From the NCBI GenBank assembly GCA_900088475.1, contig FLMG01000904.1:62001-126000 (forward strand): 64,000 nucleotides of DNA, given 5' to 3'. The position numbers and the translations under genes were made by a program. Each line of letters starts with the position of its first letter. The stretch's first letter is position 1. Positions 35,159 through 47,927 of this stretch are shown piece after piece. The notes beneath the pieces were generated by a model. It searched no databases. It saw only the letters and a program-made list of their open reading frames with translations, and was not told the DNA's origin. This stretch comes from Hyphochytrium catenoides. Taxonomy: Eukaryota; Protista; Hyphochytriomycota.

Positions 35159-36354
35159 ATGGGAGGGTCAAAGAAGAAGCGTGGGGCCGCTTCCAGGGCT
35201 AAGAAGAAAACGTCAAAAGAGGGCAAGGATGCACAGTCTGCCATGCATGAAGGAGGACCATCTCCCTCAACAGTCTTCGCGCCCTCTCTCGCCTCATTTT
35301 TTCCTCGCAAAAGACAAATCGCTCAACGAGCCGCTGTCTTGGTTGAGGACAAGATACCTCCCACGGGAGAAGAGCCGAGTCCAAGCGACTACGAACCTTC
35401 TAGTGGAACAATATCTGCATCAGCCCAACAAGGAGCAGACGTAGTGGCTAGGGAAAAGTTCACCTTTGACTTCGCATTCGACGGTAAGAGGCTTTGCCTT
35501 CTATAAGCCTTGTGACGGTCTAGACGCGCCTCTTCTATCATTATTCTCCTCTCAGTGGGTGTCTTCCACAGCTAGCTAGTCCTCGTTCTACACATGGACT
35601 CTTGAGCCCCCCTCCCCCCCACAAATTTACCGTGCCGCTCAATTTATAGTGCTACCTTGATTGCTTGAGCTCAGGCAACCTCACCCTAATGAGTCGTTCT
35701 GATCGGTCTCAACCTCCTATTGCTGGACTTTGGCTTGAGCTGACTGTACATTGCTCCTCCAAATGCTCATTCAATTATGTAGACGGCGGTGAAGAGGGTG
35801 TCGGACAAGAGATTCCTGTAGCTGGAGAGGAACAACTAAAGAGGGAAGTTGAGGAACCTAAAGAACAAAGTGCAGTCCACAATGACGGGCCCTCTTCAAC
35901 CAGCAGGAAGAAACGGAACAGATCACGCAAGAAGGGGACGTCTCGTCTTCCTACCCCTGAAGAAGGGCAAAAGGATACAATAGACGATGCTGCTGCGTCC
36001 TTTCTCCGGAGCCTATCTCTGTCTGTTAAGCCAAAGCAGGAGCTGCCGACAACAAAGGAACAAGTGGAGGAAAGTTCTGATGGTACCAAAGATGAGAAGA
36101 TCACTTCATTAGTGAATCCCAGTAACGCCAAGAAGAAAGCAAAGAAGAAGGTGAAGAAGGAGACGCAGAAGGAACTGGCTTCCCTAGGTGACACCAACTT
36201 TGTGAAACTAGTAGGCAAGCGACCGCCTAAAGTCAGCAGTGAAGTGGAGAGATTGCGCATGCGTTATCGCAAGCGGCGCCCAGAGACAGCAGAAGTCAAT
36301 GAGCATGACGCCGGAACGCCGGACTCCGCGTTTTCCTTCAACTTTGCGGTCTAG
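35159..36354 (+). CDS. Hypothetical Lys/Glu-rich protein, two exons (intron about 35484-35782)
   Basis: ATG 35159 MGGSKKKRG; GT donor after FAFD and AG acceptor at about 35782 join in frame to the 35665-36354 ORF; several basic NLS-like clusters; no recognised domain. Confidence 0.65.
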
Positions 36355-37054
36355 TTACGTGGAGGATAGTGAGAGCGTTGAAGAGTCACCAATGGCAGAA
36401 CTGTCAACCAGGTAGAGCGGAAGAGATTCCATGGCCATTTAGTCCCAAAACTACGTTTAGCAGCTATTTATTAAGATCTACAGCGCCAACATTACTTTAT
36501 TCAACATGTTCCTCCTAGACTGTGGGCTGCGGTGCTGAGCGAAAGAAGGCAAGGCGATTGATAGAGGAGAGTGTATCAGTCTGTACTTACTAATAATTGG
36601 ACGGATTATTCACCAGCTATCCTTGTGACTTGACTGACAGTCAGAGAGCCACAGTGGCCGGTGAGGCCGTGGAAGCAGATGGGGACGGAGAGTAGCAATC
36701 GAAAGCTAATAAGCTCCCTAGAAAGGACCACGGTCGGTGGTCTCGCTAATGGAGTTTGGGCAAACTATAGGAATAAATAGTAGTCCTGCCCTCAACCCTG
36801 AGGGTGGAGAATGCAGGAGGTAATAGCAGACAAGAAGGACCAGGCAGCTTGGTGGGACGCCTCGGTCCTTCTGGGGTAATGTTTCAGGTAAGAGTATCAG
36901 ACAGACCAAAGAAAGGGTGCGACTACCGCGAGACTCATTGGGGACAGCATAGGATGAGAAGATAGAGAAGACGAAGAGGTGCAAGAGCTTTCACTAAACC
37001 CCGGGCAAAGATGAAGTCATATAGACTTTTGTGCCGTTGCGTCCGTCATACTCT

Positions 37055-38964
37055 TCAAAGGCCCAGGTGATCTGGCTGTTGTCGTTCCGCCTTTTCTGGT
37101 AGCAGCCCCATGTCCACACCCCAGCCGTCACTAGTCCAGTTATCCGACTTATTTATCAGGGACAGGCATGGAGAGAAGCCAAAGCCACTTTCAACTGCCT
37201 CTGAGCTCTTAAGGTTCTTCGTATGAACCTTAAGCTTTTGTCCTTGCGTATCCCCTCTTGTGTCACTCCATTCCTTGCCACCCGAAGACCCTCCCTCTTG
37301 CCCCACCGCGCGTTGCTCGCCTGCGTTACTTGTGTGAGAATCGGTAGCAAAAGATGCGCTAGCTGCATTTGCTGAAGTGCCGGAAAAGTTGAAGAGTGGA
37401 TCATTGGCCCAGTTGAGAGGACTAAGCGGCCATAGAGACATGTTGCCCTGCATACCGCTGAAACGAAAGTTTGCGCTAGGAGATGCCAGGGGAGAAAGGA
37501 GCATGGGGCTCAGAGCTAAGGGACTAAGACGCGGATTGCCAGGACTTGCAAATAGAGGAGACATTACAGCAGGCTCTGCCTTATCGAAGATGCTGTGAAG
37601 GCTGGTGTCAATTGTAATCCCTTTCGCGCTCCCAATCGCCTTAAAGCCCCTCGGAGGTTTGGGTGCATTCAACTGCTGCAGCTTGACAGTCTGTTGCTGC
37701 AGCTGTGGCCGCTGTGGTTGGTTACCAGCAGATGACGCCTTCGTACCCGTCATTGAAAGCAATGGGTTTTGATAGGAAAAGGGTAACGCAGTTGAGGGTC
37801 GAGGATTCCTATTCGCGTTTATGCTAGAACTGATGGGGACAATGGACGCGGTTACCCCAGGGGTTTCTTGTTCAGCCTTAGTCTTTTTCCTGGGCTGAGT
37901 GCTAGTCTCCTTGCCAGCAGCCGCCGCTGCCCTGGAAGCTTCATATGTCTTGTATACTAAACTGGCAGGAATGGGATCACCATCACGCTTACCCCGTCCT
38001 TTACCACGCGATCTTGACAAGCCCGGCTTACCGTTCTGCACCAAGCATCGATTGGCAAAGGAGTTCCAACGGTTCTTGACGGCATTTTCACTACGACCAG
38101 GTAGAGCCTGCGCAATCTTACACCACTGATTGCCCAACTTTTGATGCTGTTCCAAAAGAACGCGCTCCTCCTCCTCGGTCCATTCGCCTTTGTTAACGTC
38201 AGGCGAAAGGTGGTTTACCCACCTTTCCCTGCACTGTTTACCGGTCCTCCCAGGGACAAACTGGGCTAGTGTAGACCACTTCTTGGGACCATTGATCCGG
38301 ACTAGCTCAATGACCAAGCCGTCTTCATCAGCAGTCCATGGACCTTTCTTATGCATTTTGCTAACGGTGCTAGCCCAACGCTTTTCACACTCTTCTGGGG
38401 TCACTTTCTGACAGTTTTGCCCAGACGTGACAAAATCTGCGACCGCACCCCAGTCGTTGCCGTTCTTAAGTACGGCATCGCGCAGTCGGCTGTCCTCAAC
38501 ATCTGTCCATGAACGTTCCTCACTTGATTGGGAGACTGCATGCTGCTCCCCTTTTCCTAAATTTGAAAACTTAGTACGCCATCAGACCGTCCTATAATTG
38601 TCTATGTCTTACCTAAGACCGGGACCTTCTTGAATAGGGTAGATGCCTGCATGGGAAGTTTCGTTTCAGCCTTTGCTCCCTTTTGTGGTGGCCGTGCGGG
38701 AAAGGTCTGGGCTGGGTTGTGGCCCTGTTGCCCCGATAGAAGCTTTGCAAAAGGCGACTTTCCCGTAGACTCCATCTCTGTCTTGGGAACAGCAGACGGT
38801 GGTCTATGTTCTTGCGCAGAATGACCAGTGAAATCCATCACTTCTTTGCCTCCAAGTTCATTGCTCTGCAAGCTCCCTCTAAAATCCCCACCCTCTGTCA
38901 CGTCAGTATATAGTAATTGTGGTCTGGAAGATTGGGCAGATTGCCGGGCGATAGTTTCGTTCAT
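37055..38964 (-). CDS. R1R2R3-type Myb transcription factor; 5' end uncertain
   Basis: Three Myb repeats: RSWTDVEDSRLRDAVLKNGNDWGAVADFV...CEKRW; KGPWTADEDGLVIELVRINGPKKWSTLAQFVPGRTGKQCRERWVNHL; KGEWTEEEERVLLEQHQKLGNQWCKIAQALPGRSENAVKNRWNS; SP-rich C-terminus. An additional upstream exon is possible. Confidence 0.92.
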
Positions 38965-41348
38965 GATCCTTTTGCCTATTGCAAAAACATGCGCTGCTCT
39001 TAATATTTCTATAGTGATTATATGTCCTTTAGGTGAGATGCTGACTCCTTACCTGCGACTTGATGTCCCGCTGGTGCTATTGAAGTGACCTCTAACAGTG
39101 TTAACCCCCAACAGGACTAGTCATAGAACCTGGCTGACCTTGTCGCCAAAACCGGTCATATAGGCGTCTTCCCGCAAGATACAGCCCTGAAAGATTGGAA
39201 GATGAGTCCAAATCTCACCCCTTCGGCTGCCAACCAAAGTTGAGTTTCAGGGCTACTGGCATTGATCAGAGGGCATAGGTTGCTCGAGCTAACTCTACTG
39301 GTAGATTGACTGTTATAGCTGAGAAGCTTCCGTTAAGCCAGACACAGAGGTCCCAGGCGGCACAGAACCAGACAGCTAACTGCAACGAGAGTGATCAAGA
39401 TTTGGGGCAGGAGGACGCGCGGCTCCATGTGCAAGCGGTCCCGCCCTCTCCCCTCTTCCTTGATTCCTTTCTCTCCTGTCTCTTCCTCTCGCTTTCCGGT
39501 TCTTCCCGGTTTTCCCTCGTCCTCTCTTATGCGTGGCGCAGCTTCTGTCCCCAGCCCTCATTGGCTTCCTTCCCCAAGCGCTACTCTTGACCTCTGCCTG
39601 GTGCAAGAGCCAGCAGGAGAGCATGAGGAAGGAGGCTCCCGGGCTCAGCAGCAGCCCTGACTCTCAGAGCCGTGGACTGGCCTTGCCCCTTCATTGAGGC
39701 GGAAAGTAGATGACGCTTCATGGCAGACTCACCCATCCACCTAACAAACCCAGTCATCGTTTACGAAAGGGCATCTATAGTTTTACACCTCAGTTGGGAT
39801 CAAACACAGACGAGAGGGCAGGTTGAGGTTCATGTGGGTTTGTTTGAGCAGTGGAGGGCTGGCAGTAATAATATCTATCCTGCCTCTGTCTAGATGTATG
39901 GTATCTCGCATTACAGTAAACAGAAGCTTGTGACCAGCCAGAGGGCTTCTGAAGGAGAAGGCCACGATTGCGGACTCTGGAAGCCACTTGTAACAGTTAG
40001 GACAATCAGCTTGTAGCAAGAGACTCCGTAAAGCTGGATATCATTGTTCTGCATAGTGAAGCTTGTTTTGGCATTATTCCGGATCATGTTTCGAGACAGG
40101 ATGTGAAGCATCAAAGCATTGTTGCTAAAAGGGGCGGAGGCCCCGCGTCAGGGTAGAGGCGTTTGTCACATAAAAGCTCCGGTTGTATGGCATGACGAAC
40201 GGACAGTAGGGGGGAGTACGCACCCCTGCTATGACGGAGACTCTTTCAGCACCTCCTCCATGTGTCCCTACAGAACCCTTCCAACGTTCCTGACAGGAAT
40301 GTCCAAATCAGAGATTAGTAGTCCTTTGGCACCTCCCATTGGGGATACGGTGTGATGGAGGATGTCGAAGAAAGAAGGACGAAAGGGCATGATGGGGCTC
40401 TGTCACACAGAACAAGGCGAAACTGCCAAGAATGAGGAGAGAGGCAAATACTCTTCATCTCTTCTCGCTTGCTCTTTCTCTCTCTCTTCAGCCCATTATC
40501 CCTATGTCAAACACTCATCTGTCTCGCTCGCATTGATCTCTCTTTCTCTCTACCATCAACTTTCCTTCCAGTTCTGACTCTCTCTCCCTTGTGTCTGCCT
40601 CTGCACTTGTACAGAAGAATGACATCGGAAAGGATCTGGAGGCATCGCATTGCCTTGATATCTCTGCTCGCACATTGCACAGATGCCCTCCGAGAAGTAG
40701 TTCCTGGTGCCTGATTGTCCGCACCCACCAGCAGCACCGTCTCAGTGTGGTTCCCTTTCCCTTTTATGGACTGTGGCACTTGTCACACTTTACCCATCTT
40801 TCCATGATGCTCCCTCGACTGCTTGTCTGGTGAGAGCTGTCTTATCCCTTGTACGCAGTCAGAGATTGGCTAGGTTGTCTCCCTTCCTCAAGGTGTTACT
40901 TTCGTACTCTAGTGGCGCGCGGATAATGATTGGACAGGTGATGAGAGACAAGCGCCTCGCAATCATTCTGGTTCGGACAATGAGTCTATTGAGAGCTGAG
41001 GCAATGCATAGATGCATAACCTGTCGGAAGAATAACGTGAAAGAGACAGGTTTCATTGACTGACTTTATTTAGGAGCTGAAGCATTTCGTAGGGCCTTGA
41101 AAAAGTAGCACTGAGAAGCCCTCGCTCGTGTTTCAGTTTAAGGACATCAGCTATTCTTTTTGCAGATCACCATCTGCACACTTCGTATAAGAAACAGAAG
41201 CTTCCCTTGAATCCTAGGCTCATGTACAGAAGCTAGTCGCTTTCCGAATAATACTTAAAGAGGCATCGCGCCGCAGGTTCTGTCACACGCACGTGTGTCA
41301 AAGACTGGATTGTTTAATTGAGTACTTGGTTGAGCTTGATGATTTGTC

Positions 41349-43687
41349 TCAAACTTGACCGTTGCTTGGTGAAAATACCTCAGTTACCGGAGTAGCAGAC
41401 CTGGGACTTTCTGCTGGGCTTGAACTGCCTCTTCCCGAATGAAGCTTTCGACGGCTTAGCTCCTCCGACTGCCATCGAATTGTCCTCATGTACTCTGCCT
41501 TTTCCTGCTCCCATGCCCGTTGCTTATTCTGAAGATCTCTGAGTGCGGCCTCTCGCTCGGATGTAGCTGTAACTAGCTGAGACAGAACATCTGCTACCCC
41601 GTCCGCAACGCGCGTCGAGAGTTCGGCCTCGGTGTCCACCTCTTTTGTTTGTAGCTGGAACTTGAGTTGGTTCACCTCGCCCTCCAGCCTCTGAATTTGC
41701 TGTCGTTGTAGCTCTAATAAATCTAACTTTAGCTCAGTTGGCATTCCTTCTGACGAGCCATCCCGTGCTCTGACCTCACCACTATGGTGGATAGCCTTTT
41801 CCAACTCTAGAGCATCACTATTCGGCAGACGACGCATGTCGGTGCAGCTTTGACTAGCTGCGATAAGTTCATCAACGTCCGACAGTAAAGTGCTGGAAAT
41901 CGGTATAGCGCCCTCCTCTTCACATTCCGTCAAGCCACTAAGGGACACGCAGCTGGAGCTGGGAACAATGTCTTCACTCACCGTGCCGCTTTTCAAAAGA
42001 GAGTGTTCAGTTGAATGCACCGTGATATCGCTACTGAGAGCTGGGCCAAATCGGTCCACCTCACGCCGAGACCCTTTTCCTTGTTTGGAGGGAGACTGCA
42101 GGGAAGTTGTTGACCAAGGTAGCTTAACCTGAGGAAGTAGTGGTTTGTTAGGTTAGTTCTACTGCCAACTAGTAAAAAGGACCGAAACTTCTTACACTTT
42201 CAAGCAGGATTGCTGGGTCTGGAGCTTCTATAGGCGTGTTCTCGCCAGCTGGCGGCACCGTAGATCCGTCCCAGGCCTCCAGTCCCTCTGGTAAAGCACC
42301 ACTTTGAACTGCCTTCATCCTTTCAAGCCAACGGTCCCTAAAGGCCCGAATGACACAGGCGATAACATCACGTGTCTTCGTATCTGTCACCATGAGCTCC
42401 ACATACTTGTAGGCATCGAAGTATATGGTAATCTTGCGACAATTCTCCGGATGAAGAATCACCTAGAGGAACAGTATTAGAGCCTTGTTATGTCTCCGTC
42501 CTCTTGATCTCACCCTTGTCGTGCAATACCTTGACGTCCTCTGTGTATTTGCTTTCCATTGGGGGTATGAGAGCATCCTGTGCTGCCAGGCGGATCCGGC
42601 GATAGTCACAGATAATGCTCCAGCTAACATTTTCCAAGGGCATAGGAGGGCCTGCATTGCCAGTCGAGGTCTCGGATAAAGAGGTGCTCGTGCCACTTAG
42701 AGCTTTCCCTTGAACCGGCCTCTTGTCGTCCTTCCCTTGTGACAATCTATCTTCCTGTAAAGTTCTCATGCCCTATAATGGACAAAGCAAAGGTCAGCCT
42801 TTTTATCACATTAAAGGGGACATGGAGCTATGAAAAGAGAGGAACTTACTAGAAAGAGGGCCGACTTTTGGCATACGGCATCCTCGACTCGAGAGCGCAC
42901 TTCAGGGTCTGCAGGAGAGGTAGTGAGTAGGGGTTGGCCCTCTACTCATAAAAGAAGCGTTTGATCGAAGGTCTCCTTACCGACAACAATAGGTCCTACC
43001 TCGGCAAAGCGCGTTTTATCCTGCATTTCTAGCTCCTTGCTGACGATATCAGTAGGAGCGCATCTTGCCAAAATGCAGGAGCCAATGTCGTCTGCGGAGG
43101 GCTGATACCAAGGCCCCGTAAGAGCTAGCGGGAGTTACCGCGAAATTGTTAGCTGGACAAGACGATCAAAGGGTACATCGCCTTCACCTACTTTCCAACT
43201 GGGTAAAATTGTCAGTGTTGGGGCAAGACCGGTACCACTGAAGCTCCACCCCTTCCTCTTTCGGGCTAAGAACACCCCCAGAGGACGTGGCGACCAGGAC
43301 TTGAGAGCTTACTGGGCCCCCTTGGATGGTGAAATTATCCAAGACGAGCTTCAGTCTCTCTCTTCTGGAGGCAAGTTCTTGCTGTTGGGCAATCGAAGCA
43401 GTGTCTTGGAACGTAGCCTGGTAAGGGTACTCCGCAGTGCTGCTTCGTACGCCCAGGTCATCAGTAGTATAGGAAACCATCTTTTGAAGTGCACCAGGGT
43501 CAGACGGGCGTCGGCTTGCACGAGTCCCACCGATGGTGGAAGAGATGCTATGTCTCTTTGGAGAGCCCATAGTGGCGTATGACCTTGGAGGTTTTCCTTG
43601 ATTCTTCCAGCCCCGGGCGGTGGGGGAACCCGATAAGCTGACTTTGTCCAGAAAGGATTGACACTCACGTCCGGCATCGTCCTTCAT
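41349..43687 (-). CDS. Protein with AIR9/SCAB-like Ig domain, PH-like domain and C-terminal coiled coil, multi-exon
   Basis: VELQWYRSC...GPWYQPSADDIGSCILARC (Ig-like, QWxR...YxPxxDDxG); ILHPENCRKITIYF...VELMVTDTKTRDVIACVIRAF (PH-like C-terminal helix); heptad region LLELQRQQIQRLEGEVNQLKFQL...REAALRDLQNKQRAWEQEK. Confidence 0.6.
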
Positions 43688-45021
43688 GTTAGCAAATCCC
43701 TGAGCTTAGGCCGTTCAACCTAAGATGCTTGCTACGCTCTGGCAGTGGAAGGCTGTTACCCTACAAGTAGTTATCTACACACTGCCACTCAGCTGCCAAT
43801 AGTGCGTCGTCAAGAAGGACTCCAGAGGCAAAGCGCGGTGGAAGGTTTGGTAGACCTGAGCAGTATGCTGGCCGGTGGTGGTAGGGAGAGTCTTATTTAT
43901 GGTCTGCGCTTTTCTTTGGCTGTAGGCTTTGGTTTGCCACCCAGTGCCTTACTAAGAACATTTACTGGGATTAGCGCAAGCATAGGGGTCCTTCTCTTCG
44001 CTGACAAAAAGTGACTGGTGTTGCTTCCGGGTGTGTTACTTGGACCAACTCGTTGTCTCATCATCTAATTGCCTCTTTCTCATTCATCTCGCGTTTCCCG
44101 CTCACCGCTCTCTCTCTCCCCTTCCTCCCTCGACTTCCATCCCACGTCCTGTGGTGCGGCAGCATGAGATGGTTCCTCCTCTTGCCAGTTAGCCTAGGAA
44201 CCCCTATCCGTCATCGCCATCATGTTGAAGCTCCATCACCTCCCAATCCCATGATTTATACTGCAGGCCGTCTCTCTGACACGCTATAGACAACAATGGT
44301 GAAACAACAAAGAGACAGGAATATAAAATGTAACTAACCCAAGAGCTAGGTATTCAGAACGTTTACGGTTTACGTTGCAAACAAAAGCTCATATCGGTAG
44401 TCGGATCGGGAATAGGCTTTGCTGCCGTTGTCCATGGTGCGCAGTGGAGCTGTTTGGACAGAGGATTTGTGGCGGCAAAGTGGAATCTGTGAATGGCTTC
44501 TTTCATCATTCAATCTTCTCCTGCTGCGTGGGAGAACGACGCCGGCTGATGGAGTCAAGTCACCGTAGACATAGACGCCTGTCATAACGACGTAGTCTCT
44601 AGATCATCGCCAGCGGGCGTAGCTTTTTGCGACTAGCACTTGCTGTGTACCGCCCTTGTGTTCGGGCGTAGTCTTTGATCTTCCTTGCCTTCGACACTAT
44701 GAACGTCTGCATCGCCCGTACTTCCAATTTAACACCACAAATCCCCTGTCGAACAGTAACCCTGCACACCCATAGACCACGGCATCGGAGAGTGAGGGGC
44801 TCAAGATCGCGAAGGGTACGACCTTTCAGGTGTGGGCTGAAGCTGAACGAAGGGTCAAAGACTACAGCGCGGGTACACAGCGCGGGTACACCTATCTTTC
44901 AGAATAGCAAACGGTTGTGCACTTAACCAAAAAAACGTTACGCCGCGATGTTAGAGAGACCATGTAGTTGTGACAGGTGTCCACAGTATTTGCTTGAGTA
45001 CGTATACTTCACATGAAGTCT

Positions 45022-45189
45022 ACAGGCAGAAACACATTATGACCCGAAATGGGTCACGATATGGAGGGAGAGGTCTCGCTCCAGGGCACTGAGGAAGGTA
45101 TACTCTCCGCCACGGCCTCGGGAGGTACTTCACGAATATACTTCTTCCAGACACTGACCCATTTTGGGTCATAATGAAGTTCTGCGTGT
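45022..45189. repeat. 35-bp imperfect inverted repeat enclosing 98 bp (MITE-like or hairpin)
   Basis: 45022-45056 acaggcagaaacacattatgacccgaaatgggtca versus reverse complement of 45155-45189; the inner 22 bp match with one mismatch; each arm contains the palindrome TGACCC-N5-GGGTCA. Confidence 0.75.
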
Positions 45190-46309
45190 GCGTCCTTGTC
45201 CGAGGTATATTGCTGTGTGGTGCTGAGGAGAATGTACTCTCCGTCTACGGTCTCGTGGAGGTACTTCAAGGAACGTATGAAGACCTATTGTTGGACTCAC
45301 GGTCCGGCACCTCCTCAAATACGGTCTTTGATGTACCTTCAAGAGAACGTTGGCGCCTGTGCCTCCTAGTTCGAGCTATATATATACTTTTCCGAGCCTT
45401 TCTTGCAGAGTATAGAGACCACTATACCCTGTTCAATTTTAGCTGTTGACCAGGTGGTGCCATCAGTAGAGGAAGCGTTAGTGATTGGAGAAGGATACCA
45501 CAAGAGCCTGGACCCAATTGAAGAGGCAGTGGCCTGGTATTGACGCTTTCTGTAGGCTTTGGATCAAACAGGTGACAAGATAGTCAACCATATTAGGATT
45601 TGATGTTTTTAAATGAAAGATGCTTGCAGAGGAGAGTCAGGTGACCTTGCCTTTCTCAACTCTACGAGCTGTGCTGTCAAAGTGACCCAATCCAAATATC
45701 CAGCAACCTAGTTGGGGGTGCCTGGTTCGGCGCTTTGGAAGAGAGTATGTAGTCATTTGCTAGTGACGACAGAGTCCATGATGGATCTAGCCCTTGAGCG
45801 TTCTTCCATCTTCCAGTCTCCTCATCAGGCCAGCGAAGATCGTTCGGCCCCAAGGAGAGGACTCCTACGGCTTGTATTGGGGCTGATACCTCTGTGCGTC
45901 TGAACCTGATGATCGAGACAGGAGATAATGAGGCAGTCATGGCTCACGGATAGTAGAGTGGAGGGAGCTGTCCTTTTGGTTCTGTGGCTGCTTCGTAGGC
46001 AGCCAGGCTTGAAATGCCCACATTCAAATTCACCGCATGGCATCTATCGCCATGCTCACTTGCCAAGACATCGCAGCATCACCACATATCTACCCTGCTT
46101 GGTGTGCTCTACCTACGCTAACCTGTACCACGGAGCACGGAGCGGGCGCTACTCATAATATCCTCTGCTCATCTGCGAACCCCAGAGACGCTGACTGATG
46201 GAGACCTCTCCATGAAGGAAGCGACGCGGTCCCTTCTCGTCAACAGGGTCAGGACTCTGCGGACTCCGTCTTGTCTCCTTCTGCTGGGATAATTTTGTTA
46301 CTTGCAGGT

Positions 46310-46830
46310 ATCTGAAGTATACTCTCGGGGAGGCGAGATATCAAAGCACCTTCCACTGCGTTCTACTTCCCTCTTATCCTTAAAGACTCTAGACATTGGC
46401 TTCGGATAACAATGGATGTCGGGACCTCGACAAGGCATTTTGGAGATTCGCTCAGGCTACGGTTAGCGGAGTGAGTTTATCTTGAAGCTTGAGGGTGCCT
46501 CTTATTTGCATCTCGAAGTGGTTTGTGCCACCTCAGTTGATGGACCCTTTCTTCTATAGAAACTAAATCACTGGGACTAACTTCTAGACTATTCGAGGCG
46601 CGCTTGCGAACCTCCTTCGAGGACTAAAGATTCTGGGGATCAGAGCACGAGACAATGTACGACCAAAGTCATCAACAAGGGGTGTAGAGAATCACCATCA
46701 AACTCGGGTAAGCTATGGGGTTCTGCCTCTTCCGTGCTTCTGCACAGAGATTGTGCCGGAAGACTGGTCTGGGGAACTCAATGATTGTCAGATCGGCCAT
46801 CTACCTTGACCTCAGAATAGCCCTCAGGCT
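46310..46830 (+). mobile_element. Decayed reverse-transcriptase relic, DIRS-like
   Basis: Colinear broken motifs KHLPLRSTSLLSLKTLDIGFG*QWMS / DLDKAFW / EFILKLEGASY / LRGLKILGIR / MGFC, similar to DIRS RT (GDWM..IDLKDAYF...G..YQF...LR..GIR..YLDD...LGF); no intact YxDD. Confidence 0.27.
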
Positions 46831-47927
46831 TCTTTGGATTTGATCCTCTTCTAGAGATGGGCATTGCATGTCTATGGTCAAACTGTCTATCCATAGCAGG
46901 AGAAGACAGAACAGGCTGTTCGGGGTAGATTGAAGTAATAAATGAAGCGGGCACAGCCAGAGAGTAGGTCATAGGGCAGCAAGGTGGATTTGGAGAGAAC
47001 CACACTGATGATTAATGAAGGATGATCAGACTTGGCGATCTCGGCTTTTCTTGGAGAGTGCAAAATTGTCGAAAGCTGTCGGAAGAGCGTCCTGAAGATC
47101 TGGGCCTCCCGAAAGGGGCGAGTATGCTCTCATTGGAGAGAAGGCAGAATCATAAAATCTGTCAGAAAAGCATCCTGTCCCGCGACGACGATCAGAGAAT
47201 GATCATTCAGAAAGTGATGAGTCAGCAGTCGACGGCCGAGAAATAGGAGAGGAAGAGTAGCTAGGGTCTCACTGATGATTGGGGAAGAAGGCGATCTAGA
47301 GGCTTCATTTGAGGTGTCAATATAGGCAGCAGTTAAGAGCGCCTTGATAGTACGGCCGTGTTGTTGGCCTGTGACGAATCTGGCAAGGTGACCTCCATCT
47401 AGAGATTGGAACTTTGAGTTTGAGCACCATCCGCCCGCCCCGCGCCACATGCTTACGCCGGTTGTTGTCGGAAAAGGCGCCTATTATGATGGAAGCAGGC
47501 ACCACAACTCTTACGAGCAGAGAGGGAGTTACTGATGTCCTTGACCGTCCGCGGATCAATGCCCCTTCGGGAGTAGAAGAAGGCTGACGTGATGATGTGC
47601 GGTTGGATTTAGGTCTAAGATTCTGTTGTGTGCTGGTTATCGACCGCTTATCTTATTGTTGTAAGGCTTACTGTAGCAGTTCTATGGCGACCAGAGTTAT
47701 GGAGTTTATTACCAAAGGTTAATGCCAAGAAACGAGTTTGCCATAGAACTTGAATGACGAGCACCCTCGTCTTTCCCGTGCTACTTTGATGCGCAGGAAT
47801 CTGTCTGTCCGGTCTCAACTGCTGATGATTCCATTGATCAACTCCTTCTGTCCATCAGCAGAGGTGGACAACTAGGCAGGCAAAGGAGAAAGACAGGAGA
47901 CAAAAGACAACCCTAACCCAGACCAAA

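Noticed and set aside
39200-41340. Cluster of short ORFs upstream of the Myb gene
   Set aside because: Pyrimidine/purine-tract-rich sequence with no recognisable protein motifs; more consistent with regulatory or intergenic DNA.
44864-44889. 13-bp tandem duplication acagcgcgggtac x2 as transposon excision footprint
   Set aside because: Real duplication, but indistinguishable from replication slippage without an empty-site comparison.
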